Below the pieces are notes generated by a model that was not told the DNA's origin, ran no database searches, and was given only the letters and a program-made list of their open reading frames with translations. Shown here in pieces: positions 1 to 10,817 of a DNA stretch of 64,000 bases (position 1 is the first letter of the stretch; each line of letters begins with the position of its first letter). This DNA comes from Bacilli bacterium (GTDB lineage Bacteria > Bacillota_I > Bacilli_A > RFN20 > CAG-826): contig JBJEDT010000037.1 in assembly GCA_051872335.1 (NCBI GenBank), positions 151 through 64,150 of the forward strand. The letters are read 5' to 3'. Both the position numbers and the translations under genes were made by a program.

Positions 1-226
1 AAAATATAAAAAAATTATTGTATAAAATTAATTGAACTATTAAAAATTTTGTCATTATTACAATTTTGTATCAAAAAATTTAAATAATTTTATATATAAA
101 AAATGCTAAAATAATTATGTTATAAATTTTTAAAAAAAACATGAACTTCTACTAACAACTTATTTAAAATAAAGATAAATTACAGAACTTTATTTGGTTC
201 TATGCATTGCATAAGGAGGTGTATCT

Positions 227-1795
227 ATGAAAAAAAGAATAAAAATTTATTACGGTTATAAAAAAGTAAAAGAAAAAACTTTTAATTATATACCAGTAAG
301 ATTTATTATTGCTACACTTATAACAATATTAGAGGTTCTCGCTATAATTGCAATTGTTATAGCTTTATGCATATATATACCATATTTTTCATGGGCAGTT
401 GTAGTTTCTGTTTTAGTAACTGAGATTAAAATTATTGCATCTGATGATAATCCTGACTATAAAATTCCTTGGATGTTTTTCGTATTAACTTTACCTGTTA
501 TAGGTTTAATGCTTTATTTTATTTTTGCTTCGCGTAAACTAAAACCAAAATTTGTAAGAAAACTATCTACTGTAAAAGAAAAAACATATATTAGCAATAA
601 TAAAGAAGTTCTTGAAGATATCGAAAAGAAAGATCCATATGCATCCAATCAAGCACGTAATATATGTAATATAGCTGAAACCAATGTGTTTAAAAATACA
701 AAATTAAAATACTTTTCTAGTGGTGAAGATTACTTTTTAAATATAGTAGAAGATCTTAAAAATGCATCAAAATTTATTTATTTAGAATATTTCATTATTG
801 AAGAGGGAAGATTTTGGAATACAATCTTAGATGTATTAGTAACAAAAGTAAAAGAAGGAGTAGATGTTAAAGTAATTTTTGATGATATAGGATGTATGCA
901 AACTCTTCCTGGAAACTATGCTAAAAAATTACGCAAATTAGGCATTGAAGCTACTACTTTTTCAAGATTAAAAGGACAAGCAGACAGTGAATTTAATAAT
1001 AGAAATCATAGAAAAATGACAATAATTGATGGATACATAGGTTATACAGGTGGAATTAATCTAGCAGATGAATATATTAATGAATATCAAAAGTTCGGTC
1101 ATTGGAAAGATACTGGTATTCGTTTTGAAGGAGAAGCAGTATGGGAATATACAAGACTATTTTTAATAGACTTCGTTTTAAATGTTAAAAAAATTACAGA
1201 TATTACGTACGACATCTATCCCCATGTTAATAATATAAAAGAAAAGGGCTTTGTTGTACCATTTGGAGACGGTCCTAAGCCACTTTATGACCACCAAATA
1301 GGAAAAATAGTAATTCAAAATATGTTATCTTCAGCTACCAAATATGTATATATGACATCTCCATATTTAATAATTGATAATGATCTTTGTTTAAGTATAG
1401 AAAATGCTGCACTTCGAGGTGTCGATGTCAAAATTATAGTTCCAGGAATACCGGATAAAAAAATAGTGAATGATATGACTAAAAGTTATTACAAACGATT
1501 AATGAATGCAGGAGTTAAAATTTATGAATATAAGCCTGGTTTTATCCATGCAAAAACTTATATTGTCGATGATAAATATGCAATGGTAGGTACAATAAAT
1601 TTAGATTATAGAAGTTTAGTTCATCATTTTGAAAATGCAATTTGGATGTATGATTGTGAATGTATTAAAGATATAAAAAAAGATGTTGATGAAACACTTG
1701 AAAAATCAGTAGAGGTACTACCTTCAATGCTTAAAACAAAATTAATTAATAGAATTTTTAGAGCACTAGTACGTGTTTTTGCTCCATTATTATAA
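227..1795 (+). CDS. cls: Cardiolipin synthase (PLD family)
   Basis: Two HKD motifs (HRKMTIID, HAKTYIVD), N-terminal TM helices, SD AAGGAGG. Confidence 0.93.
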   Translation: MKKRIKIYYGYKKVKEKTFNYIPVRFIIATLITILEVLAIIAIVIALCIYIPYFSWAVVVSVLVTEIKIIASDDNPDYKIPWMFFVLTLPVIGLMLYFIFASRKLKPKFVRKLSTVKEKTYISNNKEVLEDIEKKDPYASNQARNICNIAETNVFKNTKLKYFSSGEDYFLNIVEDLKNASKFIYLEYFIIEEGRFWNTILDVLVTKVKEGVDVKVIFDDIGCMQTLPGNYAKKLRKLGIEATTFSRLKGQADSEFNNRNHRKMTIIDGYIGYTGGINLADEYINEYQKFGHWKDTGIRFEGEAVWEYTRLFLIDFVLNVKKITDITYDIYPHVNNIKEKGFVVPFGDGPKPLYDHQIGKIVIQNMLSSATKYVYMTSPYLIIDNDLCLSIENAALRGVDVKIIVPGIPDKKIVNDMTKSYYKRLMNAGVKIYEYKPGFIHAKTYIVDDKYAMVGTINLDYRSLVHHFENAIWMYDCECIKDIKKDVDETLEKSVEVLPSMLKTKLINRIFRALVRVFAPLL

Positions 1796-1865
1796 AATTT
1801 TAAGTTGACTATTTAAAAACTATAAAATTATTTCACAGTATTTAGTAGTTAAATTGATTTATATA

Positions 1866-1894
1866 TTGACTTAACTTACTTTAAGTTCTAAAAT
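1866..1894 (+). promoter_or_regulatory. Sigma-A promoter of thrS
   Basis: TTGACT-N17-TAAAAT directly before the T-box leader. Confidence 0.75.
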
Positions 1895-1900
1895 AAATTT

Positions 1901-2122
1901 GCGTTGAAAAAGACATGCTATTAAATCACTATCTTTTAGAGAATTGATCCTAGTGCTGAAAGATCATAAGATATATTTATTAGAACTACTTTGGAGCATT
2001 CTATGAAAATAGACGTCACTCGCGTTAAGAGACAAATTAAGTGCATATTATTCAATAATTATAATATGAATTAAGGTGGTACCACGTTTATTCTAGCGTC
2101 CTTATAATGAGGATGCTTTTTA
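1901..2122 (+). promoter_or_regulatory. T-box riboswitch (Thr)
   Basis: AGAGA/GCTGAA stem I motifs, ACT specifier at 1985-1987, T-box AAGGTGGTACCACG at 2073-2086, then terminator hairpin and T-run. Confidence 0.92.
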
Positions 2123-2143
2123 TTTTATAAGGAGGATACAAAC

Positions 2144-4057
2144 ATGAAATTAGTTTTACCAGATGGAAAAGAATTGTTAGTTGAAGAAGGATTAAGTGGT
2201 AAAGAAGTTGCAAAACAAATTGCAATTAGTTTAGAAAAAAAAGCTTTAGCATATAGTTTAGATGGTAAATTATATGATATTAATTCAAAAATTGAGCATG
2301 ATGGAAGGTTTGCAATTATTACTGAAAAATCAGTTGAAGCTATTGACCTATTAAATCACTCAACTTCACATTTACTAGCTCAAGCACTAAAAAACTTATA
2401 TCCTGAAGTTAAATTTGGATTTGGCCCTGCAATTGAAGAAGGTTTCTATTATGATATTGATTTAGAAAAACCTCTAGTTGAAGCAGATTTAGTAAACATT
2501 GAAAAAGAAATGCATCGCCTTGCTAAAGAAAACTATCCAATTATAAGAAGAGACGTCACAAAAGAAGAAGCTCTTGAAATATTTAAAGATAATGAATATA
2601 AAGTTGAATTGATTCAAGGAATAGAAGATCAAATTTCAATTTATTCACAAGGAAGTTTTACAGATTTATGTTCAGGCCCTCATGTTCCTTCAACTGGTTA
2701 TATTAATCACTTCAAATTATTAAGTTTAGCTGGTGCATATTGGAGAGGTGACTCTAACAATAAAATGTTAATTAGAATTTATGGTACATCTTTCTTTACT
2801 GAACAAGATTTACAAAATCACTTACAAGATTTAGAAGAACGTAAAAAAAGAGACCATCGTAAATTAGGTAAAGAGTTAGGTTTATTCATGCTTTCTGATT
2901 TTGGACCTGGTTTACCATTCTTTTTACCAAATGGCTATACATTAAGAAGAACATTAGAAGATTATTGGTTAAAGATTCATAAAGAACACGGATATGTTGT
3001 TATAGATACTCCTATTATGCTTTCTAAACAACTATGGGAAACAAGTGGACACTGGGATCATTATAAAGAAGATATGTTCATTACTAAAGTAGAAGAAGAT
3101 AATGAATATGCTATTAAACCTATGAACTGTCCTGGTGCAATCTTAGTTTATAAAAATGATTTGCACTCATATAAAGAATTACCTTTAAGATTTGCTGAAC
3201 TTGGTCATGTCCATCGTAATGAAGCTACTGGCGCCTTAAATGGTTTATTTAGAGTTCGTTCATTTACTCAAGACGATGCACATATTCTATTAACTGAAGA
3301 CCAAATAGCAGATGAAGTAAAAAATATATTAAAACTTTATGATGAAATATATTCTGTATTCGGTTTAAATTATCATATCGAATTATCAACTAGACCTGAA
3401 GATAACTTCATTGGAGATATAGAAGTTTGGAATAAAGCTGAAGCAGCTTTAGCAGAAGCATGTGCAAACTCAGGACATTCTTATAAAATAAATCCTGGAG
3501 ATGGTGCTTTCTATGGACCAAAACTTGATTTTAAATTAAGAGATTCAATGAATAGAATTTGGCAATGTGGTACACTACAACTTGATATGCAACTACCTGG
3601 TAGATTTGATTGTTCATACATTGCAGAAGATGGAACTAAGAAATGTCCAGTTATGATTCATAGAGCATGTTTTGGATCAATTGAAAGATTTATTGGTATT
3701 ATTACTGAAAACTTTGCAGGAGCCTTTCCAACTTGGTTAACACCTGTTCAAATTAATATTTTACCAGTTAAAAATTCAATTCATGAAGAACGTTGTAATG
3801 AATTAAGAAAACTATTTGAACAAAGTAATTTAAGAGTTCAAGTTGATAATCGTGAAGAAAAACTTGGTTACCGTATGAGAGAATCTCAAATTAAAAAGAT
3901 TCCATACACAATTGTTATCGGAGACAAAGAATTAGAATCAACACAAATTACATATCGTAAATATGGTGTTGAAAATCCAGTCACAATTGAACTAAATGAT
4001 TTTATTGAGATGATTAATAAAGAAATTGCTAATAAAGATTTATTAGTAAAAAAATAA
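2144..4057 (+). CDS. thrS: Threonine--tRNA ligase
   Basis: DLCSGPHV, RDHRKLG, KPMNCP, GAFYGPKLD motifs. Confidence 0.98.
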   Translation: MKLVLPDGKELLVEEGLSGKEVAKQIAISLEKKALAYSLDGKLYDINSKIEHDGRFAIITEKSVEAIDLLNHSTSHLLAQALKNLYPEVKFGFGPAIEEGFYYDIDLEKPLVEADLVNIEKEMHRLAKENYPIIRRDVTKEEALEIFKDNEYKVELIQGIEDQISIYSQGSFTDLCSGPHVPSTGYINHFKLLSLAGAYWRGDSNNKMLIRIYGTSFFTEQDLQNHLQDLEERKKRDHRKLGKELGLFMLSDFGPGLPFFLPNGYTLRRTLEDYWLKIHKEHGYVVIDTPIMLSKQLWETSGHWDHYKEDMFITKVEEDNEYAIKPMNCPGAILVYKNDLHSYKELPLRFAELGHVHRNEATGALNGLFRVRSFTQDDAHILLTEDQIADEVKNILKLYDEIYSVFGLNYHIELSTRPEDNFIGDIEVWNKAEAALAEACANSGHSYKINPGDGAFYGPKLDFKLRDSMNRIWQCGTLQLDMQLPGRFDCSYIAEDGTKKCPVMIHRACFGSIERFIGIITENFAGAFPTWLTPVQINILPVKNSIHEERCNELRKLFEQSNLRVQVDNREEKLGYRMRESQIKKIPYTIVIGDKELESTQITYRKYGVENPVTIELNDFIEMINKEIANKDLLVKK

Positions 4058-4149
4058 AAGAATATATTATTAATTGATTTAATATATTGTAATAAAATGA
4101 AAATATTTCTTGACTTTAACTAGAGAAACTAGTAATATTAAAGAGCAAA

Positions 4150-4263
4150 AGAAATACGTGGAAAGAAGAGGCGCTCACTTCTCACCTGATCTAGAATATG
4201 GATGGGTTAATGCTACAAACTATTTATTATGGTTTTAACGGGCGCATCTTGCATCCGTTTTTC
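4150..4263 (+). promoter_or_regulatory. L20 leader (infC-rpmI-rplT attenuator)
   Basis: AGAAG...CTTCTCACCT motif and GC hairpin plus T-run before infC; promoter TTGACT...TAATAT near 4110-4138. Confidence 0.75.
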
Positions 4264-4285
4264 ATTGTAAGAAGGGGGAATGTTT

Positions 4286-4882
4286 ATTAACAAGTATTAT
4301 AAACCAGATTCATCAACTAACAACAATCAAAACCAACAAAATAAGTATGGACCACAACGTCCTGAAAAAAATAATGGGGATTTAGTTAATGAAGCTATCC
4401 GTTTTCCGGAAGTTCTAGTTATTACACCTGAAGGTGAATCACTAGGCGTTATGAAAAGATTTGCTGCTCTACAAGAAGCACAAAATCGTGATTTAGATCT
4501 TTTATGTGTTAATCCAAATGGTAAGCCACCAGTTTGTAAAATTATTAACTATGGTAAATACCGTTTCGAAAAACAAAAGAAAGAACGTGAAGCTAAAAAG
4601 AACCAAACTATTGTTGTTGTTAAAGAAGTACAACTTTCACCAGTTATTGGCATGCATGATTTAGAAGTTCGTGTCAAAGCTGCTATTAGATTCTTTAATG
4701 ATGGTAATAAAGTTAAAGTCGTTCTTAGATTTAAAGGACGTCAACTAAGCCATGTTGAAGTCGGTGAAAATATTATGAATAAGTTTATTGAACTTGTTGA
4801 TGAATATGCCGTCATCGAGAAAAAACCGGTGCTAGATGGAAAATTATTAACTGCCGTACTTGCATCAAAAGTAAAAAAATAG
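4286..4882 (+). CDS. infC: Translation initiation factor IF-3 (probable ATT start)
   Basis: PPVCKIINYGKYRFE and KVKVVLRFKGR motifs; SD GGGGG lies 7 nt before ATT 4286 but only 1 nt before ATG 4280. Confidence 0.96.
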   Translation: MNKYYKPDSSTNNNQNQQNKYGPQRPEKNNGDLVNEAIRFPEVLVITPEGESLGVMKRFAALQEAQNRDLDLLCVNPNGKPPVCKIINYGKYRFEKQKKEREAKKNQTIVVVKEVQLSPVIGMHDLEVRVKAAIRFFNDGNKVKVVLRFKGRQLSHVEVGENIMNKFIELVDEYAVIEKKPVLDGKLLTAVLASKVKK

Positions 4883-4894
4883 GAGGAAATAAAT

Positions 4895-5089
4895 ATGCCA
4901 AAAATGAAAACAAAAAAAGCTTTAGCAAAAAGAGTTAAAGTTAATGGTAAAGGCGGATTAAAAAGATGGTCTGCTTACACATCACATTTATCACACAACA
5001 AGTCAACTAAACAAAAAAGACATTTAAGAAAAGCAAGTTATGTACATGCATCAGATGCAAAGCGTGTAAAATACTGCATTAGTAAATAA
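4895..5089 (+). CDS. rpmI: 50S ribosomal protein L35
   Basis: MPKMKT...[11 protein letters not shown]; operon position. Confidence 0.97.
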   Translation: MPKMKTKKALAKRVKVNGKGGLKRWSAYTSHLSHNKSTKQKRHLRKASYVHASDAKRVKYCISK

Positions 5090-5102
5090 GGAGGTATAGA
5101 AC

Positions 5103-5459
5103 ATGAGAGTTAAAGGTGGAAGCGTCACAAGACAAAGACGTAATAAAATTTTAAAATTAGCTAAAGGTTACTTTGGTTCTAAACATCGCTTATTTAAAAC
5201 AGCTAAAGAACAAGTAATGCATTCATTAGCATATGCTTATAGAGATCGTCGTAATATCAAACGTGATTTCCGTAAGTTATGGATTAAAAGAATTAACGCA
5301 GCTTGCAGAATGTGCGATATAAGCTATTCAGTATTTATGAATGGTTTAAAGAAAGCTAATGTTAACATCAATAGAAAAATGTTATCAGAATTAGCAATCA
5401 ATGATTTCCCAGCTTTCGAAAGCTTAGTTAAAACAGCTAAAAAAGCATTAACAAAGTAA
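5103..5459 (+). CDS. rplT: 50S ribosomal protein L20
   Basis: MRVKGG...AYRDRR...[11 protein letters not shown]. Confidence 0.98.
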   Translation: MRVKGGSVTRQRRNKILKLAKGYFGSKHRLFKTAKEQVMHSLAYAYRDRRNIKRDFRKLWIKRINAACRMCDISYSVFMNGLKKANVNINRKMLSELAINDFPAFESLVKTAKKALTK

Positions 5460-5465
5460 AAAATT

Positions 5466-5492
5466 AACGTCTCTTCAAGAGACGTTTTTTTA
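5466..5492 (+). terminator. Intrinsic terminator after rplT
   Basis: AACGTCTCTT-C-AAGAGACGTT inverted repeat followed by T-run. Confidence 0.8.
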
Positions 5493-5540
5493 TAAAAAAA
5501 CTTCTTTGATGATTTAATCTCATCTAAAGAAGTTCTTTTT

Positions 5541-8024
5541 TTACATATCATATTTAGCTGTTAATTTTGCTGGAGTCATATTTAATAATATAATCATTGG
5601 TATAATACCTATTAGAATATTAATTGCAAATAAAACAATTACTGTAATTAAGAAAGATAAAGGAGTAACACCAATTGAAATTCCTAGTAACGGAATATTA
5701 CTTATAAAAGTTGTAACTAAATATGTTAATGTTGCTCCAACTAAAGTTGTTAAACATGAAATCAATAATAATTCAAATATAAATGCTATATAGATACTTG
5801 ATTTAGAAATACCAATAGATCGGTAAACTCCAATATCATAAATTTTTCGTATAGCATTAGCTTTCATTGTAAAATATAAAACAATTATTGTTACAAGGAT
5901 TACGGCAGCACAAATAATACCAACCGATAATAATTTTTCTTGTTTTTGCGATTCATAAGAAGCTAATTGATTTTTATATATATCGGTAACTTCAAATTTA
6001 ACATCTGAATAATTACTTAACTTATTTAATTCCTTAATTTTATTTATAACTTCATCTCTATTATTTTTATTCATATAAATATAACCACGAAGTAAATAAC
6101 TACAATTTTCTAATGCGATTTTTTTAGCATCATTATCAGTAATAATATATGGTGCTATGAAAGAAAAAGGAATTAATGTAGGTTTTTCATTTTTAATAAA
6201 TAAATTATTTGCTACAACAAATGATAATCCGTTTTGAAGGGTAATTGTATCATTAAACATTCCAAGTCTATTATATTTGTCTTCACGAACAAACATTTCT
6301 CCATCATTAAGTACAAGATCATCATACTTACCAGGATATAAAGATTTAAGTTCACTAAGTGTAGCGAATGTTTCAAAGAAGCCAAAACAAGATAAAGCTG
6401 TTGTTAATCTACCATAAGCAGTAACATCTTTTGTATCTGAAATTCCAACGATTTTAAGTCTAACATTATCAAATTGATTTTTAAGAGTAGTATTTAAGAA
6501 TCCATAACAATCTGAGAAAAATGATGATGCTACTGTATTATCATTAATAGCATTATTTAATACAGTTTTATCAACAACTATTTCATTACTATATTGAGGC
6601 ATTCTTCCAGCTATCAAATCTTTTGAAGATATTTTATTGATATCACAAATTGAGCCCATAGATAAATTCATATCTACTTCTTGTAACTGAATAAATTCAT
6701 TTAATTCTACTGATAATTCTACGCCATATGAAGGCCAGTATTCTACGTCTAAATTAGGATCATTTTCTAAATAAGTTAATAATTCTTTCGTCTTTGTTCT
6801 TTTTTCACTTGAAGTTCCCATAAAAGATCCACTGTCAGTAGAAATCTTTAAAACATTTTTAGATATACTTGTTACACTTGTTTTATCATAATTAATAATT
6901 GATAAAACATCCGCAGTACAAAGCATAGAAATAATAGAAGTAGCAATTAGGGAAATATACATAAATATATTCTTCTTCTTTGATGCTTTAAAATTGTCGA
7001 AGCCTAATTTTAAGGTCTCTTTAAAAGTTAACTTTGGTTCTTTTTTAGTTTTAAGTCTATCAAGATTATAATCAAAATTATCAACATCTTCTTTAGTAAT
7101 AACTGGTTTATGATCGTCAATTACTTTCTTTTCATCGGTACTTGAAAGATATTCAACTTTTAAATTCTTATCATTTGAAGATAAATAAACATGACCATGT
7201 CTAATAATAACTTTTAGATTAATATCTTTTTTATTTTCATCTTGGTATAAATCTATATTTAATTTATCAGATTTAATTAATTTACTCTGATTTAAATCTT
7301 TTAAATAAATATTATTATCATCTTCAAAATGATAATCTCCATCAAAAGATGATAATTCATCAAAAATAACTTTACCATCTTCAATTTTTATAATTCTATC
7401 AGCATAAAACTCTGCAATTCTTTTTTCATGAGTTACCAAAATCACAAGACAATCTTTGGAAATTTTCTTAATAATATTCATAATTTGAATAGTATTTTTT
7501 TCATCAAGATTTCCCGTAGGTTCGTCAGCAAAAATAACACTTGGCGTTTTAGCTAAAGCCCTAGCAATAGCAATTCTTTGTTGTTGACCACCTGATAATT
7601 GAGAAACTTTTCTTTTACGATATTTTTCCATTCCGACAGCTTTTAAAACATAGAGAATTCGTGCTTCTTTTTGTTCTGGACTAATATCATACATATTTAA
7701 AGCAAGCTCGATGTTATAATATACAGTTCTATCTTGTAGTAAATAATAATTTTGAAAAATATAACCATATTTTTCATTTCTTACTTTATCAATCTTTCTT
7801 TGTGAATATTTTTTAATTTCATAATTATCTATAATTAATGTTCCTGAGTCAAAATCATCAAGTCCACCAATCGAATTCATTAATGTTGTTTTACCACTTC
7901 CAGATTCCCCTAAAATACAAACTAAGCCAGTATTAGGTAAATCTAAACTAGTATCATTAATAACATGAATTTCACTAGGAGAATGACGATTATAATATTT
8001 ATTAAACTTTTTAATTTGTATCAT
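5541..8024 (-). CDS. MacB/FtsX-type ABC transporter, fused ATPase-permease
   Basis: Walker A GESGSGKTT, LSGGQQQR, FADEPTGNLD; C-terminal FtsX-like TM helices (DIGVYRSIG). Confidence 0.88.
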   Translation of the reverse strand: MIQIKKFNKYYNRHSPSEIHVINDTSLDLPNTGLVCILGESGSGKTTLMNSIGGLDDFDSGTLIIDNYEIKKYSQRKIDKVRNEKYGYIFQNYYLLQDRTVYYNIELALNMYDISPEQKEARILYVLKAVGMEKYRKRKVSQLSGGQQQRIAIARALAKTPSVIFADEPTGNLDEKNTIQIMNIIKKISKDCLVILVTHEKRIAEFYADRIIKIEDGKVIFDELSSFDGDYHFEDDNNIYLKDLNQSKLIKSDKLNIDLYQDENKKDINLKVIIRHGHVYLSSNDKNLKVEYLSSTDEKKVIDDHKPVITKEDVDNFDYNLDRLKTKKEPKLTFKETLKLGFDNFKASKKKNIFMYISLIATSIISMLCTADVLSIINYDKTSVTSISKNVLKISTDSGSFMGTSSEKRTKTKELLTYLENDPNLDVEYWPSYGVELSVELNEFIQLQEVDMNLSMGSICDINKISSKDLIAGRMPQYSNEIVVDKTVLNNAINDNTVASSFFSDCYGFLNTTLKNQFDNVRLKIVGISDTKDVTAYGRLTTALSCFGFFETFATLSELKSLYPGKYDDLVLNDGEMFVREDKYNRLGMFNDTITLQNGLSFVVANNLFIKNEKPTLIPFSFIAPYIITDNDAKKIALENCSYLLRGYIYMNKNNRDEVINKIKELNKLSNYSDVKFEVTDIYKNQLASYESQKQEKLLSVGIICAAVILVTIIVLYFTMKANAIRKIYDIGVYRSIGISKSSIYIAFIFELLLISCLTTLVGATLTYLVTTFISNIPLLGISIGVTPLSFLITVIVLFAINILIGIIPMIILLNMTPAKLTAKYDM

Positions 8025-8026
8025 AA

Positions 8027-10300
8027 TTAATCCTCCTTCAATGAAATTACTGATTTAAGTTGTTTTGCAAGATATCTATTAAATACATATCCCATTAACA
8101 AAGTATTCAAAGCAATAAGTAATAAATATAATAAATAAACTGGAAAACTAATAAATTTTATAGCGTTTGATATAAATTCAATTCCACTCCAAGATAAGAT
8201 ATGACATATTAAAATTGATAAAACAACTGAAATAATACTATATAATCCTAATTCTAAATAAGTACATAATTTAATAGTTTTATCATTCATTCCAAGACTT
8301 CTTAAAATAATATAATCGTTTTTCTTAAATTTAAGTAATGCTTTACCTATAACAACTTGAAGTAATGAAACAACAAAAATAACAATTAAAGATATACCTA
8401 AAAATAAATATCTAGAAATCAGTAAGCTTTCATTCCACTCTACAGTTGAAACTTTGAATGCGCTGATTGTTTTATAACCTTTAGTATTAAGTGCACGAAT
8501 AACTTTATTAGTATTAGCATAATCATCTATATAAATTGAAACTTGGTCTGTTATATCTCCATAATAATATGTATTGAAAAATTCTTCACTGACCTCGATG
8601 ACTTTTGTACTTGATGTATGTCCTACTTCTAATATTTTAATGATAATATTGTTAGAATTAATACTTAAAAAAGATTTATCTTCATATGTAGGATAAAAAA
8701 TCTTATCATCACTAAATAATCCATAAGAATCTAGAGTTTTTTGTGAAAGCATAATTTCATTACCATGCAAATCAGGATTAATAACAAAGAATACATTATT
8801 TATAGTTACTTTATTATTTACTCCCATACCTATTTTTCTATATTCATATTGCAAATAATTTTTTTGACTATAAACTGACGTTGCTAAAGATAAACAAAAA
8901 ATATCATCAAAATAAATCTGCTTAGAATTGTTTTCGGGCTTAACAACACCAGATATAGTAAAGTCGTAACAATAGTTATTTGTGCTATCTCCAAACGTCG
9001 ACCAATTTCTACCATTAACAAAATAAATTTTCATAGTTTGGCCAATTAATTTCTTATCAGTTGAAGAAACTACAATTTCTAATCTATTATTTGGTAAATT
9101 TCCAGCTAGTAATTCTTTCTTTAAAATACAAGATTCACCTTTTACAAAATTCGTAAAATTTTTAAAATACATAGTATATGAAGACGTATCATCTGGCCCA
9201 TTAGCTACATTATAAACATCTTCACAATCTTCTTCTGTAAAATAGAAAATATCATCAGCTAAACCATATTTATCTACTGATTTTATGTGTTTGGAAATTC
9301 CATAAATTTTTTCAATATCGTCATCAGTAAAAAGATCGTTTTCATTTTTAATAGAAACTAATCTAGTTTTATCACCATTATAGAAAGCCGAATCATCATA
9401 ATCTTTTGCATTATTTTTATCATAATTTGAAGCAAACAAACCAAAACATGCAAATATGCTTAGGCACGAAAAGAATACTAATGTAAGCAAAGAAAATACT
9501 TTTTTTGGTTGTGCTTTTATATTCATTCGAGTAAACTTAAAAGCAGTTTTAAATGAATTCGAAGATATATTATTTTCATCTAATTTTTCTTTTGAATCAA
9601 AAAGTGTATTTTGTTTATTAACAAGATAATCTGATTTTACTTTCCCATCAAATAAGCGTATTTTACGTGTAACATATGGTTCTGCTTGTTCATAGTTGTG
9701 AGTTACTAATAAAATCAATTTATCTTTAGACAATGTAGCTAATAATTCTAAAATAGCTTTTCCATTTTCAACATCAAGATTTCCAGTTGGTTCATCAGCA
9801 ACAATAATTTCTGTATTTTTTGCTAAAGCTCTAGCTATAGCAAGTCTTTGTTTTTGTCCACTTGAAAGTTGTGTAGCTCTATTATTTTTCCTATCTAATA
9901 GACCAACTTTTTCTAGAAGTTCTAAACTTTTGTCTCGTGCTTCTTTTTCTTCATAACCTTGTATTAATAAAACAGTTTCAACATTTTCTAAAGCAGTATA
10001 ACTATCAATTAAATTATAATTTTGAAATATAAAACTGATCTTATTTTTACGATATTCTTCCCAATCGTTTTCATCAAAATGTGAAGTATTTTCTCCATTA
10101 TAATATAACTCACCATCTTCATAAGTGTCTAGACCAGCTATAACATTTAATAAAGTGGTTTTTCCACTACCAGATTCACCAGTAATAGCAACAAATTCTC
10201 CTAAATGAAATTCTAAATTAATCTTGTTTAAACCTAGTGAAACAGTATTATTTGAATAATAATATTTACTAATGTTTTCTAGTTTTAAAACTGCTCTCAT
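8027..10300 (-). CDS. MacB/FtsX-type ABC transporter, fused ATPase-permease
   Basis: Walker A GESGSGKTT, LSSGQKQR, VADEPTGNLD; C-terminal TM helices (ILRSLGM). Confidence 0.88.
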   Translation of the reverse strand: MRAVLKLENISKYYYSNNTVSLGLNKINLEFHLGEFVAITGESGSGKTTLLNVIAGLDTYEDGELYYNGENTSHFDENDWEEYRKNKISFIFQNYNLIDSYTALENVETVLLIQGYEEKEARDKSLELLEKVGLLDRKNNRATQLSSGQKQRLAIARALAKNTEIIVADEPTGNLDVENGKAILELLATLSKDKLILLVTHNYEQAEPYVTRKIRLFDGKVKSDYLVNKQNTLFDSKEKLDENNISSNSFKTAFKFTRMNIKAQPKKVFSLLTLVFFSCLSIFACFGLFASNYDKNNAKDYDDSAFYNGDKTRLVSIKNENDLFTDDDIEKIYGISKHIKSVDKYGLADDIFYFTEEDCEDVYNVANGPDDTSSYTMYFKNFTNFVKGESCILKKELLAGNLPNNRLEIVVSSTDKKLIGQTMKIYFVNGRNWSTFGDSTNNYCYDFTISGVVKPENNSKQIYFDDIFCLSLATSVYSQKNYLQYEYRKIGMGVNNKVTINNVFFVINPDLHGNEIMLSQKTLDSYGLFSDDKIFYPTYEDKSFLSINSNNIIIKILEVGHTSSTKVIEVSEEFFNTYYYGDITDQVSIYIDDYANTNKVIRALNTKGYKTISAFKVSTVEWNESLLISRYLFLGISLIVIFVVSLLQVVIGKALLKFKKNDYIILRSLGMNDKTIKLCTYLELGLYSIISVVLSILICHILSWSGIEFISNAIKFISFPVYLLYLLLIALNTLLMGYVFNRYLAKQLKSVISLKED

Positions 10301-10406
10301 TAAATCATCCCCAATAAATAAATATATTAATATATTTATGTTAAAATTATAATATAGAGCAATTTAAATAACAATAAAAATTTATATATACTGACTATCT
10401 CAAAAA

Positions 10407-10817
10407 TTATTTTTTCTCATTTTTAGAAATATCTTTTTTTACTTTAAAAGTAGAAATGAATTCAATTATAAAATCTGCTAGTTTTTCATATGTCGAGATA
10501 CCTTTTTTTACTGGAATAATTTGACAATTTCCTTGATATAAGTAAATGATAGCTTCAGGAATTACAGCAACCCCTCCTAATAAACCTCCTGCACATGGCG
10601 TAGATTGATCTTCATATATTAAACTTGTATTTTCCTTTAATTTTGTTATTAAATCAGCTGCTCCACTACCAAATCCAAATGAAACTTTACTTATAGAAAC
10701 AATAGCTTCATTTTGAGAAATAATAACAGGTTCTCCAAGAATTGTTGCAGATTTTATTAGTGAAGATAACTGATCAATTGATGTTGTAATAATATTGTTA
10801 GTGGATCTTTCTAGCAC
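10407..10817 (-). CDS. gerW: GerW/YtfJ-family sporulation protein
   Basis: TILGEPV, ISKVSFGFGSG and GG..GG.AVIPEA motifs; GTG start with SD AAGGAG. Confidence 0.8.
   Translation of the reverse strand: MLERSTNNIITTSIDQLSSLIKSATILGEPVIISQNEAIVSISKVSFGFGSGAADLITKLKENTSLIYEDQSTPCAGGLLGGVAVIPEAIIYLYQGNCQIIPVKKGISTYEKLADFIIEFISTFKVKKDISKNEKK

Noticed and set aside
1-226. Very AT-rich stretch upstream of cls as a possible origin or ncRNA
   Set aside because: No DnaA-box cluster or stable structure visible; consistent with ordinary intergenic DNA
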